From NCBI GenBank assembly GCA_036677145.1, contig JAKFFF010000034.1:48202-112201 (forward strand): a DNA stretch of 64,000 bases. Reading direction: 5' to 3'. Shown one piece after another: positions 1-9,384 of this stretch. The stretch is from Alcaligenaceae bacterium (GTDB taxonomy: Bacteria > Pseudomonadota > Gammaproteobacteria > Steroidobacterales > Steroidobacteraceae). Numbering within the stretch: position 1 is the stretch's first letter; each line of letters opens with the position of its first letter. A program made the translations under genes and the position numbers. The notes beneath the pieces were generated by a model. The model saw nothing but the letters and a program-made list of their open reading frames with translations, ran no database searches and was not told the DNA's origin.

Positions 1-1116
1 TGCGATGATCGTGCCCGACGATTCGCGCCCGGGAACGATCGGGTAGATAGTCGAGCCCTTGCGCTGCGCATCCGGTTTGCCGTCGATGATGGCCAGGTCG
101 CTGGTGCCGATGCCGACGTGCGAGACGCGCACGAGGATCTCGCCGGGCTTGAGGCTCGGCACGTTGCGTTCCTCGAGCTCCATGCGGTTCGGGCCGCGCA
201 CGACGAGCGCCGGGAAGCCGTTGCCGAAGAACAGCTCCGAGCGGCGCGCGGGATTGAGCAACCCGCGGCTGTCGGTGATGCCACCGACCGTGCCCATCAG
301 TTTTTCGTAGCGGAACCGCAGGATCTCCGCGGCGAGCGCGCCGAACTTGCCCTCGCGGGCCGCAATCCAGAAGTCCTTCAATCCCCACCACAACTCACGC
401 ACGATTTCGCCCGGGATGTTGCGCAGGATGCGTATGCCCACCCAGCGCGCGGCCATGCCTTCTCGGTAATAACGGCGGCGGACCTGCGGCCAGGTCTCGG
501 TGTGTACGTGGATGATGCAGGAGCCGGGTTGATAGACGACCTTGCGGCCGTGCTCGAGCCAGTACTTCGCCCAGTCGATGTCTTCGAGCCCGGGCAGGCC
601 CTTGTCGAAGGGGTAGATCTCCCAGAGGTCCTTGCGGATGGCCGAGTTCGCGTTGTTCGCGAAGGGCTGCTCGACGTCCACCTCGAAGGTTTTCTCGCCG
701 AACGTGCGTTCGAAGTCGCGGCACTCGGAGAATTTCGAAACCTTGTGGCCGCGCTGATTGCCGTAGGTCATCGCGACGTCGTCGCGTCGCAGCGGCTCGA
801 CGAGTTCGCCCAGCCAGTTTTCGTCGGAGGGAATCGCATGCGCCGAAACGATGGCGATGAATTTGCCGCGCGATTCGCTCACGCCGACGTTGAGCGAATG
901 ACCGAAGGTGAAGTCCTCCGAGCGCAGCCGCACGATCCGCGCGCCGTTGGCTGCCGCGATGTCGCGCGTGGCGTCCACGGACCCGGAATCGACCAGGATG
1001 GTCTCGAAGTCGCGGTACTTCTGCTTGTGCAGCGACGCGAACACGTCCGGCAGCCAGCGCTGCTCGTTGAGCGCGCGAATGACGATGCTGGTTTCAGGCG
1101 TGGAGCTGGTTGTCAT
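1..1116 (-). CDS. Glycosyltransferase family 2 domain fused to a C-terminal medium-chain (GroES-like, zinc-type) dehydrogenase domain; 3' end cut by window edge
   Basis: Absent from the ORF track because its stop lies left of position 1. The reverse strand is open from ATG 1116 to position 1 (372 codons). N-terminus: MTTSSTPETSIVIRALNEQRWLPDVFASLHKQKYRDFETILVDSGSVDATRD (GT2 pattern). C-terminus: ALVVRGPNRMELEERNVPSLKPGEILVRVSHVGIGTSDLAIIDGK...YPIVPGRESSGTIIA (MDR N-terminal fold). Track ORF 118..1170 (+) is its antisense shadow. Confidence 0.8.
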   Translation of the reverse strand, partial: MTTSSTPETSIVIRALNEQRWLPDVFASLHKQKYRDFETILVDSGSVDATRDIAAANGARIVRLRSEDFTFGHSLNVGVSESRGKFIAIVSAHAIPSDENWLGELVEPLRRDDVAMTYGNQRGHKVSKFSECRDFERTFGEKTFEVDVEQPFANNANSAIRKDLWEIYPFDKGLPGLEDIDWAKYWLEHGRKVVYQPGSCIIHVHTETWPQVRRRYYREGMAARWVGIRILRNIPGEIVRELWWGLKDFWIAAREGKFGALAAEILRFRYEKLMGTVGGITDSRGLLNPARRSELFFGNGFPALVVRGPNRMELEERNVPSLKPGEILVRVSHVGIGTSDLAIIDGKPDAQRKGSTIYPIVPGRESSGTIIA

Positions 1117-1255
1117 GGTTCCCAAAATAACGGTAGGCGTCCCAAGGGCTTACCGGAGGCGGCAGCATGAAGGGCCGTACCGTAAGGTCAAGGAGCGCAG
1201 CCCTCCCGGCTCGAAAATCAGTGCACATAGTCACGAAACCCGTCCGGGCCCGGGT

Positions 1256-2494
1256 TCAAGCCTTGCGGCTGAAAAGCTTCCTCATGGTGGCCCGGAACAG
1301 CAGCCGGCCGAAGACATACAGCGTCTCCAGCGAATACCGCCAGTCCTTGCTGTCGAGGTCGAAAAACGCCCGGGGCGCGCGGTAGGAGGCGAGCACGTCA
1401 CGGAAGCTTATGAGGCCGCCGAACCAGTAGGCCGGCAGTGCATCGCCGTCGGCGCGCAGCACGATGTGCCGGAAATCATTGCCGTTCGGTTTGGCCGGCG
1501 TGACCGGCAGCCCGGCGAGGTCGCAGTAGTGGATCCAGGGCAGGTCGACGCCCGAGTAGGGCGCCGCGTCACCGCCGCCCGAGAGGCGGGGGTTGGCTTC
1601 GATGATCTTCACGCGGCCGTCGCGCACGTCGCGTTTCATCTCGATCTCGCACAACCCGACGTAGTTGATGGCGCGCAGCCAGCGATCGCAGACCTCGTCC
1701 GTTTCCGGATCGTCGACCGGTTCGCTGATGCTCGCCGGACCGAATCCGACCGGGTTGCAGCGAAACTCGCGGAACATGGCGTTCGCGATGCGTTTGCCGG
1801 ACGCGTCGTAACACGACAGGTAGACCCGCTTGGCGGAGTCGGGTCCGACGATGATTTCCTGCAGGATGACGTCGGGCGTGACACTTACCGCGAGGCGGTA
1901 GTTGTCGATGAGTTGCGCCTCGTTCTCGGCAATCGCGACCTTCTGGTCGTAGAGCTTGTGGTCCTTCGGCAGCTTCTGCCACTCGCGGAAGTGGGTCGGC
2001 TTGATCAGGCAGGGGAACATCGCGCGGCGCGCGAAATCGCGCACTTCGTCCTCGTTCTTGGCGAACTGGGTGACCGGCATCGGCATGCCGAATCGTGTGG
2101 CGAGGTCATACTGCGAATGCTTGTTGGCGAGCGCACCTTGCAGCGCAGCGCCGGGTGAGAGCCGGTAGTGCGGCGCGAGCGCGGCTTCGTGCTGAGCAAT
2201 AGCCGAGACGAACTTGTCGGAACTGGCGATGAGCACGGGGCGGTCGCCGACGCGGCGCGCCAGGTCGATCATGAATGCGCGCCAGGCATCGGGCTGCGCA
2301 TCCGGATCCGGACAGGCGATCGCCGGTCCGTACACCGAGCGGAAGCCGGGGTTGTTGGTCACGCTGTCGAACATCACGGCGCGCACGCCGCGGCGCTGGA
2401 GGCTGCGCACACCGAGCACGCCGGTCTGGAACGCGCCGGCGAGCACGGCCGGTGGTGCGTGTGCGGGTACCTGTTCGTATTTCGGCGCGCCCAT
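1256..2494 (-). CDS. ATP-grasp domain carboxylate-amine ligase-like protein (COG3919-type)
   Basis: ORF 1256..2602. The start is trimmed to ATG 2494 (MGAPKYEQVP) because the 36 upstream codons are Arg/Pro-rich junk. ATP-grasp-like blocks: FPCLIKPTHFREW and GLCEIEMKRDVRDGRVKIIEANPRLSGG. Confidence 0.8.
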   Translation of the reverse strand: MGAPKYEQVPAHAPPAVLAGAFQTGVLGVRSLQRRGVRAVMFDSVTNNPGFRSVYGPAIACPDPDAQPDAWRAFMIDLARRVGDRPVLIASSDKFVSAIAQHEAALAPHYRLSPGAALQGALANKHSQYDLATRFGMPMPVTQFAKNEDEVRDFARRAMFPCLIKPTHFREWQKLPKDHKLYDQKVAIAENEAQLIDNYRLAVSVTPDVILQEIIVGPDSAKRVYLSCYDASGKRIANAMFREFRCNPVGFGPASISEPVDDPETDEVCDRWLRAINYVGLCEIEMKRDVRDGRVKIIEANPRLSGGGDAAPYSGVDLPWIHYCDLAGLPVTPAKPNGNDFRHIVLRADGDALPAYWFGGLISFRDVLASYRAPRAFFDLDSKDWRYSLETLYVFGRLLFRATMRKLFSRKA

Positions 2495-2746
2495 TGAGAT
2501 CCGTCCGCGAAAAATGGCGCGTAGTCTACTTCGGGGGAGGCCCGCCGGTGAGCATATGCCCCGCGTCCGAAGCGGACCGTCCTCACAGTCCCGGCGTGTC
2601 AAGTGCGGGGGTGTGCGCAGAGTCCGCGAATGTGAAGCGTATCGAACGCGGGGGCTCTGCCCGTCGCAAGGTCCGATGCGGCCCGGTCAATGCACTAGAA
2701 TGCCTGCGCGGTCCCACCGCACGCTTGCAACTAGTTCGGGAGTTCC

Positions 2747-3640
2747 ATGAAACATAAGCCCTACAAGGGCATCGTCCTCGCGGGCGGCGCGGGGTCGCGC
2801 CTGTTTCCGCTGACGCTCGTCACCAGCAAACAACTGCTGCCGGTGTACGACAAGCCGATGATCTACTATCCACTCAGCGTGCTCATGCTGGCCGGCATTC
2901 GCGAGCACCTGGTGATCTCCACTCCGCAGGACCTGCCGCGCTTCAAGCAATTGCTCGGCGACGGTTCGCAGTGGGGAATGAAGATCGAATACGCCGAGCA
3001 GCCGCGTCCGGGGGGCATCGCCGAAGCGATCCTGATCGCGGGCGCGCACTACGGACCAGAGCGCTTCGCACTGGTGCTGGGCGACAACATTTTCTACGGC
3101 CACGGAATGACCGATCTGCTCAGGTCTGCAAGTACCCGCGACACCGGTGCGAGCGTGTTCGCATACCACGTCACCGATCCGGAGCGTTACGGCGTCGTGG
3201 ACTTCGACGCGGCCGGCAAGGCGACCGGCATCGAAGAGAAGCCGCAGCAGCCCAAGTCCAACTACGCCGTGACCGGGCTGTATTTCTACGACGAACAGGC
3301 GCTCGCGCTGGCGAGCGCGCTGCGGCCATCGCCGCGCGGTGAACTCGAGATCACCGATCTCAACCGCGCTTACCTGGCCCTCGGCCAGTTGCACGTGGAG
3401 ATCATGGGCCGCGGCTACGCGTGGCTCGATACCGGCACTCACCAGTCGCTGATCGACGCGGCCACCTTCATCCAGGCGATCGAGACTCGCCAGGCCCTGA
3501 AAGTCGCCTGTCCCGAAGAGATCGCGTACCGCCTGAAATTCATCGACGCCGACCGCGTACGCGCGCTCGCGCAGCCGCTCAAGAACACGCAGTACGGCCA
3601 GTACCTGCTGCGCATGCTCGAAGAGCGGGTTTTCAACTGA
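2747..3640 (+). CDS. rmlA: Glucose-1-phosphate thymidylyltransferase
   Basis: 297 aa. Motifs [49 protein letters not shown] and YAWLDTGTH match canonical RmlA/RfbA. Confidence 0.95.
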   Translation: MKHKPYKGIVLAGGAGSRLFPLTLVTSKQLLPVYDKPMIYYPLSVLMLAGIREHLVISTPQDLPRFKQLLGDGSQWGMKIEYAEQPRPGGIAEAILIAGAHYGPERFALVLGDNIFYGHGMTDLLRSASTRDTGASVFAYHVTDPERYGVVDFDAAGKATGIEEKPQQPKSNYAVTGLYFYDEQALALASALRPSPRGELEITDLNRAYLALGQLHVEIMGRGYAWLDTGTHQSLIDAATFIQAIETRQALKVACPEEIAYRLKFIDADRVRALAQPLKNTQYGQYLLRMLEERVFN

Positions 3641-4188
3641 TGAATTTCCTGCCGACGGGGCTGCCCGGAGTCGTATTGATCGAGCCGAAGGTATTCGGCG
3701 ACGCCCGCGGTTTCTTCATGGAAACCTTCCGGCACAGTGCATTCGTGGAAGCCGGGATCGACGTGCAATTCGTGCAGGACAATCACAGCGCGTCGGCCCG
3801 CGGCGTGCTGCGCGGACTGCACTACCAGCTCGCGAAACCGCAGGGAAAACTCGTGCGTGTCACGCAGGGCAGCGCCTTCGACGTGGCGGTCGATCTGCGG
3901 CGTTCGTCGCCGGCTTTCGGCAAACACGTGGGCGTCGAGCTGTCGGCCGACAACAAGCGCATGTTGTGGGTCCCGCCGGGCTTCGCGCACGGCTTCCTCG
4001 CACTCTCCGAGCACGTCGAGTTCCAGTACAAGTGCACGGATTACTACGATCCGGTCAGCGAGCGTTCGGTGTTGTGGAACGATCCGGCGCTCGGCATCCA
4101 GTGGCCGCTCGCGCCCGGAGAATCGCCGCGCCTGTCCGCCAAGGACGCCGCCGGCACGACTCTCGCGGCCGCGGAATGTTATCGATGA
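3640..4188 (+). CDS. rmlC: dTDP-4-dehydrorhamnose 3,5-epimerase
   Basis: ATG 3640 overlaps the rmlA stop (TGATG) inside ORF 3421..4188. Cupin motifs: [47 protein letters not shown]. Confidence 0.93.
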   Translation: MNFLPTGLPGVVLIEPKVFGDARGFFMETFRHSAFVEAGIDVQFVQDNHSASARGVLRGLHYQLAKPQGKLVRVTQGSAFDVAVDLRRSSPAFGKHVGVELSADNKRMLWVPPGFAHGFLALSEHVEFQYKCTDYYDPVSERSVLWNDPALGIQWPLAPGESPRLSAKDAAGTTLAAAECYR

Positions 4189-4213
4189 GCCTGTCGCGGC
4201 AGATGAGGAATCA

Positions 4214-5293
4214 ATGAGAAAGTTGCTCGTGACGGGCGGGGCCGGATTCATCGGCGCCAATTTCGTGCATCACTGGCTGCGCGCGCATCCGGCCGACCGC
4301 GTGGTCGTGCTCGACGTGCTCACCTACGCGGGCAACCTGGCGAATCTCGACGCGGTGCGCGGCAATCCGCAGCTCACGTTCGTACGCGGCGACATCTGCG
4401 ATGGCGCGCTCGTGGATGCACTGTTCGCCGAACATGGCATAGATCACGTGGTGCATTTCGCCGCCGAATCGCACGTGGACCGTTCGATCACCGGGCCCGA
4501 CGAGTTCATTCGCGCCAATGTCATCGGAACCCACACGCTGCTCAAGGCGGCGCGTGCCGCGTGGACGCGTGACGGTGGACTGCGCGACGACGTGCGGTTC
4601 CATCACGTCTCGACCGACGAGGTGTACGGCTCGCTGCGCTCGGATGATCCGGCGTTCACCGAGGAGACGCCGTATTCACCCAACTCGCCGTACTCGGCCA
4701 GCAAGGCGGCCTCGGATCATCTCGTGCGCGCGTATCACCACACCTACGGCCTGCCGGTGACCACGAGCAATTGCTCGAACAATTACGGCCCGTTCCATTT
4801 TCCCGAGAAGCTCATCCCGCTGATGCTGGTGCGCGCGCTCGACGGCGGACCGCTGCCGGTGTACGGCAAGGGCGAAAACGTTCGCGACTGGTTGTACGTC
4901 GAGGATCACTGCCGCGCCATCGACGCGGTTCTGCGCCTGGGACGCGTGGGTGAAACCTACAACGTCGGTGGCTGCAACGAGTGGCGCAACATCGACATCG
5001 TGAATCACCTGTGCGAGATCATCGACCGGCGCTTCGCCGCGGATCCGCAACTCGCACGCCGCTTCCCGAAGAGTCCCGCGGCCAGCGGCCGCCCTACGAA
5101 TACGTTGATCGCCTACGTCACGGATCGGCTTGGGCACGATTGGCGATATGCCATCGACGCCTCCAAGATCAGCAAGGAACTCGGGTTCGCGCCGCAGGAG
5201 CGTTTCGAAACCGGGATCGAGAAGACAGTCGACTGGTACCTCGCCAACGAATCGTGGTGGCGCCGTGTGATGAGCGGCGAATATCGCGCTTGA
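4214..5293 (+). CDS. rmlB: dTDP-glucose 4,6-dehydratase
   Basis: ATG 4214 inside ORF 3737..5293. Motifs: [35 protein letters not shown] (YxxxK), [18 protein letters not shown]. Confidence 0.95.
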   Translation: MRKLLVTGGAGFIGANFVHHWLRAHPADRVVVLDVLTYAGNLANLDAVRGNPQLTFVRGDICDGALVDALFAEHGIDHVVHFAAESHVDRSITGPDEFIRANVIGTHTLLKAARAAWTRDGGLRDDVRFHHVSTDEVYGSLRSDDPAFTEETPYSPNSPYSASKAASDHLVRAYHHTYGLPVTTSNCSNNYGPFHFPEKLIPLMLVRALDGGPLPVYGKGENVRDWLYVEDHCRAIDAVLRLGRVGETYNVGGCNEWRNIDIVNHLCEIIDRRFAADPQLARRFPKSPAASGRPTNTLIAYVTDRLGHDWRYAIDASKISKELGFAPQERFETGIEKTVDWYLANESWWRRVMSGEYRA

Positions 5294-5335
5294 CTGCGGC
5301 CTTCGGGCTGCGGGGAAGGAACGAAGGGACTCAAA

Positions 5336-6946
5336 GTGAATCTGCTGCACGACCTCTTCGACGCCGCGGCGCGGCGCTCTCCCGATAGCCAGGCTCTGCG
5401 CTATCGTGGTACCGGCATTTCCTACGCCGCGCTGCGTCAGCGCACCATTCACGTGGCCGCGGCGCTCGCCCGGCTCGGGGTGAAACGTGGCGATCGCATT
5501 GCGATCTGCATGCAGAACCGCCCCGAGGTGATCGAGCTTGCGCTCGCGGCGAGCCGGCTCGGGGCGATCTTCGTGCCGGTGAGCCCCATCCTCAAAGTCC
5601 GCCAGCTCGAACACCTGCTCAACGATGCCGGCGCGACGCTGCTGGCCGCTTCGCAGGGCGCGACTCATGCGCTCGACGAGCTGCTCAGGAATTGTCCGAC
5701 GGTGAAGACGCTGGTGTTGTGCGACGCCGGCGAGCTGCCGAAGCCGGACGGCGCCGCGCGCGCCGTCAAATACGACCAGCTCACCGTGGAGTCCGCCGCT
5801 CCGCCCGCGACGCAAGCGATTGGCGATGACGCGGCCGCGCTGCTGTACACCTCCGGCAGCACCGGGCGCCCGAAGGGCGTAATCGTCAGCCACCGCAACC
5901 TGGTTGCCGGCGCGCTCAGCGTTTCGCAGTACCAGCGCAATGGCGCCGGAGATCGCATCCTCGCCGCGCTGCCGCTCAGTTTCGACTATGGATTCAGCCA
6001 GGTTACCGTGGCGTTCGCCGTGGGTGCCTGCGCCGTCCTCACCAACTTCGCGCTGCCCGCGGCGCTGTTGCAGGAAGCACAGGCCGAACGCATCACGGGT
6101 CTCGCCGGGGTGCCGACGATGTGGATGCACCTGGCCGCGATGGAGTGGCCCGCATCGGTCGTGAAGTCATTGCGCTACATCACCAACTCCGGCGGTGTCA
6201 TGCCGCTCGCCGTGCTCGCCCGTCTGCGCGGCGCGTTGCCGGACACGCAGGTGTTCTGCATGTATGGATTGACCGAGGCGTTCCGCTCTACCTACCTGGA
6301 TCCGGCGGAGCTCGATCGACGCCCGGGGTCCATCGGCAAGGCGATCCCGGGTCAGGAGATCTTCGTGTTGCGCGCGGACGGCACCGAGTGCGCGCCGGGT
6401 GAAACGGGCGAACTCGTGCACCGCGGCTCGCTGGTCACGCTGGGCTACTGGGGCGATCCAAAAAAGACCGCGAATCGCTTTCGCGAGCTGCCGGCGCGTT
6501 TGCGCGAGATCCCGCGCAACGAGACCGCGGTGTGGTCCGGCGACCTCGTGAAGACCGATGCCGATGGATTCCTGTATTTCGTGGCGCGCGGCGATCATCT
6601 CATCAAGAGCTCCGGATATCGCATCAGCCCCAGCGAGATCGAAGAAGTGGTCGCGGAGGTTGCCGGCGTGGTCGAGTCGGCGGCCATCGGACTCGCGGAT
6701 GATTCACTCGGTCAGCGCGTCGTCGTCGCGCTGGTCGCCGCCGCGGGCGCGCCGCGCGATCTCGCCGAGATCGTGCGCCAGTATTGCCGCGTGCAATTGC
6801 CCAGCTACATGTTGCCCGCCGACATCTATCTGCTCGAGGCGCTGCCGCGCAACGTCAATGGCAAGTGTGATCGCGCCGCGCTCGCGGTGCAGCTCGCGCA
6901 GCTGCCGCACATTCAACCGGCCACACGCTCCGCGCGCGAAAGTTAG
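5336..6946 (+). CDS. AMP-forming acyl-CoA ligase, resembling the exosortase A system-associated ligase family
   Basis: GTG start, 536 aa. Adenylate-forming motifs: LLYTSGSTGRPKGV, ITNSGG, MYGLTEAFRSTYL, GDLVKTDADGFLYFVARGD, IKSSGYRISPSEIE. The subfamily (TIGR03098-like) is assigned from memory of its motif pattern and was not searched. Confidence 0.8.
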   Translation: MNLLHDLFDAAARRSPDSQALRYRGTGISYAALRQRTIHVAAALARLGVKRGDRIAICMQNRPEVIELALAASRLGAIFVPVSPILKVRQLEHLLNDAGATLLAASQGATHALDELLRNCPTVKTLVLCDAGELPKPDGAARAVKYDQLTVESAAPPATQAIGDDAAALLYTSGSTGRPKGVIVSHRNLVAGALSVSQYQRNGAGDRILAALPLSFDYGFSQVTVAFAVGACAVLTNFALPAALLQEAQAERITGLAGVPTMWMHLAAMEWPASVVKSLRYITNSGGVMPLAVLARLRGALPDTQVFCMYGLTEAFRSTYLDPAELDRRPGSIGKAIPGQEIFVLRADGTECAPGETGELVHRGSLVTLGYWGDPKKTANRFRELPARLREIPRNETAVWSGDLVKTDADGFLYFVARGDHLIKSSGYRISPSEIEEVVAEVAGVVESAAIGLADDSLGQRVVVALVAAAGAPRDLAEIVRQYCRVQLPSYMLPADIYLLEALPRNVNGKCDRAALAVQLAQLPHIQPATRSARES

Positions 6947-6958
6947 ACCGGGCGGCCG

Positions 6959-7642
6959 TCAGCGCAGCTGGCCGGTCGCATAACGAGTCAGGGCCGCATA
7001 ACCGGCCGGGCTGACGTGGCTGCCGTCCTCGCGCGAATACTCGGCGCGGCGCGTGCCGTTGCCCGAATCCACGGCCTTCTCGAGATCCAGAACCTTGATG
7101 CGCTCCGCGGCGGCGTATTTGCGCAGGCACTCATTCACGTCCTTGACGTGCTGGTTGATGACCGCGTTGTAGTTCTCGCGGCCGCGCAGTCTGCCGATGG
7201 CGCCGCGAATCTGGTCGAGCCAGCCGTCGCCGACGGTGAGCGTCAGCTCCGTCGCGATGATCACATCGATACCGGCGGCGCGCGCCTGTTCGCTCATCGC
7301 GCGGATGTTGTCGCACGCGCCGCTTTTCGCTTGAGCCATCTTTTCCGGTGGTGCGCGAAAGATGTCGTTGATGTGGCCCCAGAGAAGCACGGCGTCGGGC
7401 TTGTTGGTGATCACGTCGCTCTCGAAGCGCGCGCGCACGGCGGAGGATTCCTGGCCCGCGATGCCCTTGTTGGTGATGCGATAACCGGGGAGTGACGGTT
7501 CGCCCCAACTCGCCGCATAGGAGGCGCCGATGATGATCAGCGAACGTGACCCCGCGCCGCCCGGAAATGAGTTGTCAGCAAAAGCCTGTGTCATTGCGAA
7601 GGCGCTCAGGAGGAACAGCAGCGATCTGATAGGGGTTTTCAT
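6959..7642 (-). CDS. Secreted SGNH/GDSL-family hydrolase
   Basis: 227 aa with signal peptide MKTPIRSLLFLLSAFAMTQAFA. SGNH blocks: IIIGASYA (block I Ser), LLWGHIND, DGSHVSPAGY (block V). Confidence 0.8.
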   Translation of the reverse strand: MKTPIRSLLFLLSAFAMTQAFADNSFPGGAGSRSLIIIGASYAASWGEPSLPGYRITNKGIAGQESSAVRARFESDVITNKPDAVLLWGHINDIFRAPPEKMAQAKSGACDNIRAMSEQARAAGIDVIIATELTLTVGDGWLDQIRGAIGRLRGRENYNAVINQHVKDVNECLRKYAAAERIKVLDLEKAVDSGNGTRRAEYSREDGSHVSPAGYAALTRYATGQLR

Positions 7643-7690
7643 TAGCGGCGCAGGCTACCCGAATCCGGTGGTTAGTTGCGACAGCGCGTG

Positions 7691-8425
7691 TCAGAGGCGG
7701 TCACGAATCGCGTACCAGATTCTTCCTACATATTCGTGCAGTGCAAGATCGGAATGCGACAGCGATTCGGGCCGCGGCGCGAACTCGGCGCGTGTCCACT
7801 CCCGCGGTTGTTTGTGATCGGTGGGCACCGCGATGGGATGAAGATCCTGTCGCCGCATGCTTTCCATGGCGCGCGGCATGTGCCCGCTGGAACTCACGAG
7901 AAAGAAGGGCGCGCCGCCGACCATTGGTTTGAGGTTCTCCGCGCTTTCCGCCGTGACCTGCGAGTGATCCTCCCGTGTGATCTTCGCGGCCGGCACACCC
8001 GCCGCGATGAGCGCTTCGGTCATCACACGCACGGTGATGGGCGACCCGGACACGATGATGTCGAGCGCCTCCGGCCGTTGTTCGAGCAGCTCCATGGCCA
8101 TGAGCACGCGATAGGCGGCGCTGGCGTTGAGGCGCCCGGTGATCGGCATCCCGGCATCGTCGGCTGCCCATGCGCCCAGGACCACGATGTGCCGGGCCTC
8201 GGGGTGGGCGCGGACGTCCAGCACGGCAGGGTACTGGTACTCGAGGGGGCTCGAGAGCGCGGCCGCCACCTGGCCGCTGGAGAAGATCAGGGTCACGCCC
8301 GCGCCGGTTGCCAGCAGGCCCCATGAGAACCGCCGCGCGAACGGCAACAGGCGCGCGAGAAGGCCTGCGGCGAACAGGAAATAGGCAAAACCCGAGGCAG
8401 TGACCAGGTTACCGAGCAGTTGCAC
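7691..8425 (-). CDS. DUF218 (YdcF/ElyC/SanA-like) membrane-anchored protein
   Basis: 244 aa, GTG start. N-terminal hydrophobic helices are followed by DUF218-type blocks HIVVLGAW, IIVSGSP and FFLVSSSGHMPRAMESM. Confidence 0.75.
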   Translation of the reverse strand: MQLLGNLVTASGFAYFLFAAGLLARLLPFARRFSWGLLATGAGVTLIFSSGQVAAALSSPLEYQYPAVLDVRAHPEARHIVVLGAWAADDAGMPITGRLNASAAYRVLMAMELLEQRPEALDIIVSGSPITVRVMTEALIAAGVPAAKITREDHSQVTAESAENLKPMVGGAPFFLVSSSGHMPRAMESMRRQDLHPIAVPTDHKQPREWTRAEFAPRPESLSHSDLALHEYVGRIWYAIRDRL

Positions 8426-8594
8426 GTCGATTGACTCCGGATGGGATCCGACGGGGAAGGTAGCGCGAGACGGCGATTACTGCCGTACGCCTGTAGGACG
8501 AGTGTCGGGGCCATTTACAGTCCCTTCCTACTGAGATTTGACAGTTGCTGGGGATGCCGCGCAACTCATTGTTTTTCAGACTTTTTCGCATTCG

Positions 8595-8610
8595 TGGCAT
8601 GTGACTTGCT
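8595..8610 (+). promoter_or_regulatory. Sigma-54 (-24/-12) promoter candidate upstream of the PEP-CTERM gene
   Basis: TGGCATGtgacTTGCT against the consensus TGGCACG-N4-TTGCW. The GG-N10-GC spacing is exact. It lies 53-68 nt upstream of ATG 8663. An IHF-like site (complement of 8562..8574, AAACAATGAGTTG vs WATCAANNNNTTR) sits just upstream. Confidence 0.6.
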
Positions 8611-8662
8611 TTGTTCCAGGGGCATCCGCGGCGCATTGCAGCGGACCACTGGGGTTTCAGAT

Positions 8663-9316
8663 ATGCGAAAGATCCTGCGCAACTCTTCCTGGGCCATTGC
8701 CGCCGTCGCGAGCTTGTTTGCCGCCGACGCCAATGCCGCTTTCATCCTGCTGGATACGACCTCTCCGACGCACACTCCGGCGTACAACGTGCCGGTCATC
8801 AATGATTTCCGCTCGCAGCTCAACGGCGCGGGTGTCCCGAGCTTCTTGCTGGGCCGTTCGCTGGGTGTCACGGGCGCGCAGGCCGGGGACGTCATCGAGA
8901 TCGACCTGTTCGCTGCCGAAGCCGGTTATCGCAACCAGCTCTTCTGGGGTACCACGCTGGTCATCGACAACCAGGGCAACCTCAACTGGAGCGAGCGTGA
9001 TCGCGGCACCGTCGCCGCCACCAACGGCCGGCTGAATTTCCGCTTCTGCTCCGTGAACGTCTCGACCTGCATGACCAACGCCGCGAACGACTCGACGGTG
9101 CTCGGCAGCTTCCAGTCGATCGGCATGTATCTCACCGACGGCGGCAACACCGCCTGGTTGCTGTGGGACGACTCGGGTGCCGACATGGATGACAATCACG
9201 ACGATCTCGTTGTGCGTCTGACGTACCGCTCCGTTCCGGAGCCGGGCACGCTCGCACTTCTCGGACTGGGACTCGTCGGAGTCGCGCTGGTCCGCCGCAA
9301 GACGTTGAAGGCCTGA
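8663..9316 (+). CDS. PEP-CTERM sorting-domain protein with a DUF4114-like domain
   Basis: ATG 8663 inside ORF 8441..9316. Signal peptide MRKILRNSSWAIAAVASLFAADANA. Acidic motif WDDSGADMDDNHDDLVVRL. The C-terminal VPEPGTLALLGLGLVGVALVRRK is a PEP-CTERM signal. Confidence 0.9.
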   Translation: MRKILRNSSWAIAAVASLFAADANAAFILLDTTSPTHTPAYNVPVINDFRSQLNGAGVPSFLLGRSLGVTGAQAGDVIEIDLFAAEAGYRNQLFWGTTLVIDNQGNLNWSERDRGTVAATNGRLNFRFCSVNVSTCMTNAANDSTVLGSFQSIGMYLTDGGNTAWLLWDDSGADMDDNHDDLVVRLTYRSVPEPGTLALLGLGLVGVALVRRKTLKA

Positions 9317-9339
9317 GACCTTCTCGAGGCCTCACGGCC

Positions 9340-9378
9340 AAAACAAAGACGGCGCCGACAGGGCGCCGTTTTTGTTTG
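9340..9378 (+). terminator. Rho-independent terminator candidate after the PEP-CTERM gene
   Basis: AAAACAAAGACGGCGCC-gacag-GGCGCCGTTTTTGTTTG: a GC-rich stem followed by a T-run, 24 nt after the stop. Confidence 0.6.
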
Positions 9379-9384
9379 GGGGGA

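Noticed and set aside
118-1170. 350-aa + strand ORF at the left edge
   Set aside because: The composition is that of an antisense shadow (Arg/Ala/Glu/His-rich, no motifs). The minus strand carries a motif-rich GT2::MDR gene in the same interval.
2694-2701. The octamer CTAGAATG occurs three times (2694, 20012, 52451), always intergenic, suggesting a shared -10-like element
   Set aside because: The copy at 52451 has no downstream gene on its strand. The copy at 20012 would need a poor -35 and a leaderless ybdK transcript. Three hits chosen post hoc are not significant. Only the copy 46 nt upstream of rmlA is a plausible -10.
4676-6130. 484-aa minus-strand ORF across rmlB and the ligase
   Set aside because: It is antisense to two motif-confirmed genes and has an Arg/Gly/His-rich, low-complexity translation.
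8503-8519. TGTC-N9-TACA, a possible GlrR box upstream of the sigma-54 promoter
   Set aside because: The spacing is one base short of TGTC-N10-GACA and one half-site is mismatched. This is not enough to claim a binding site.
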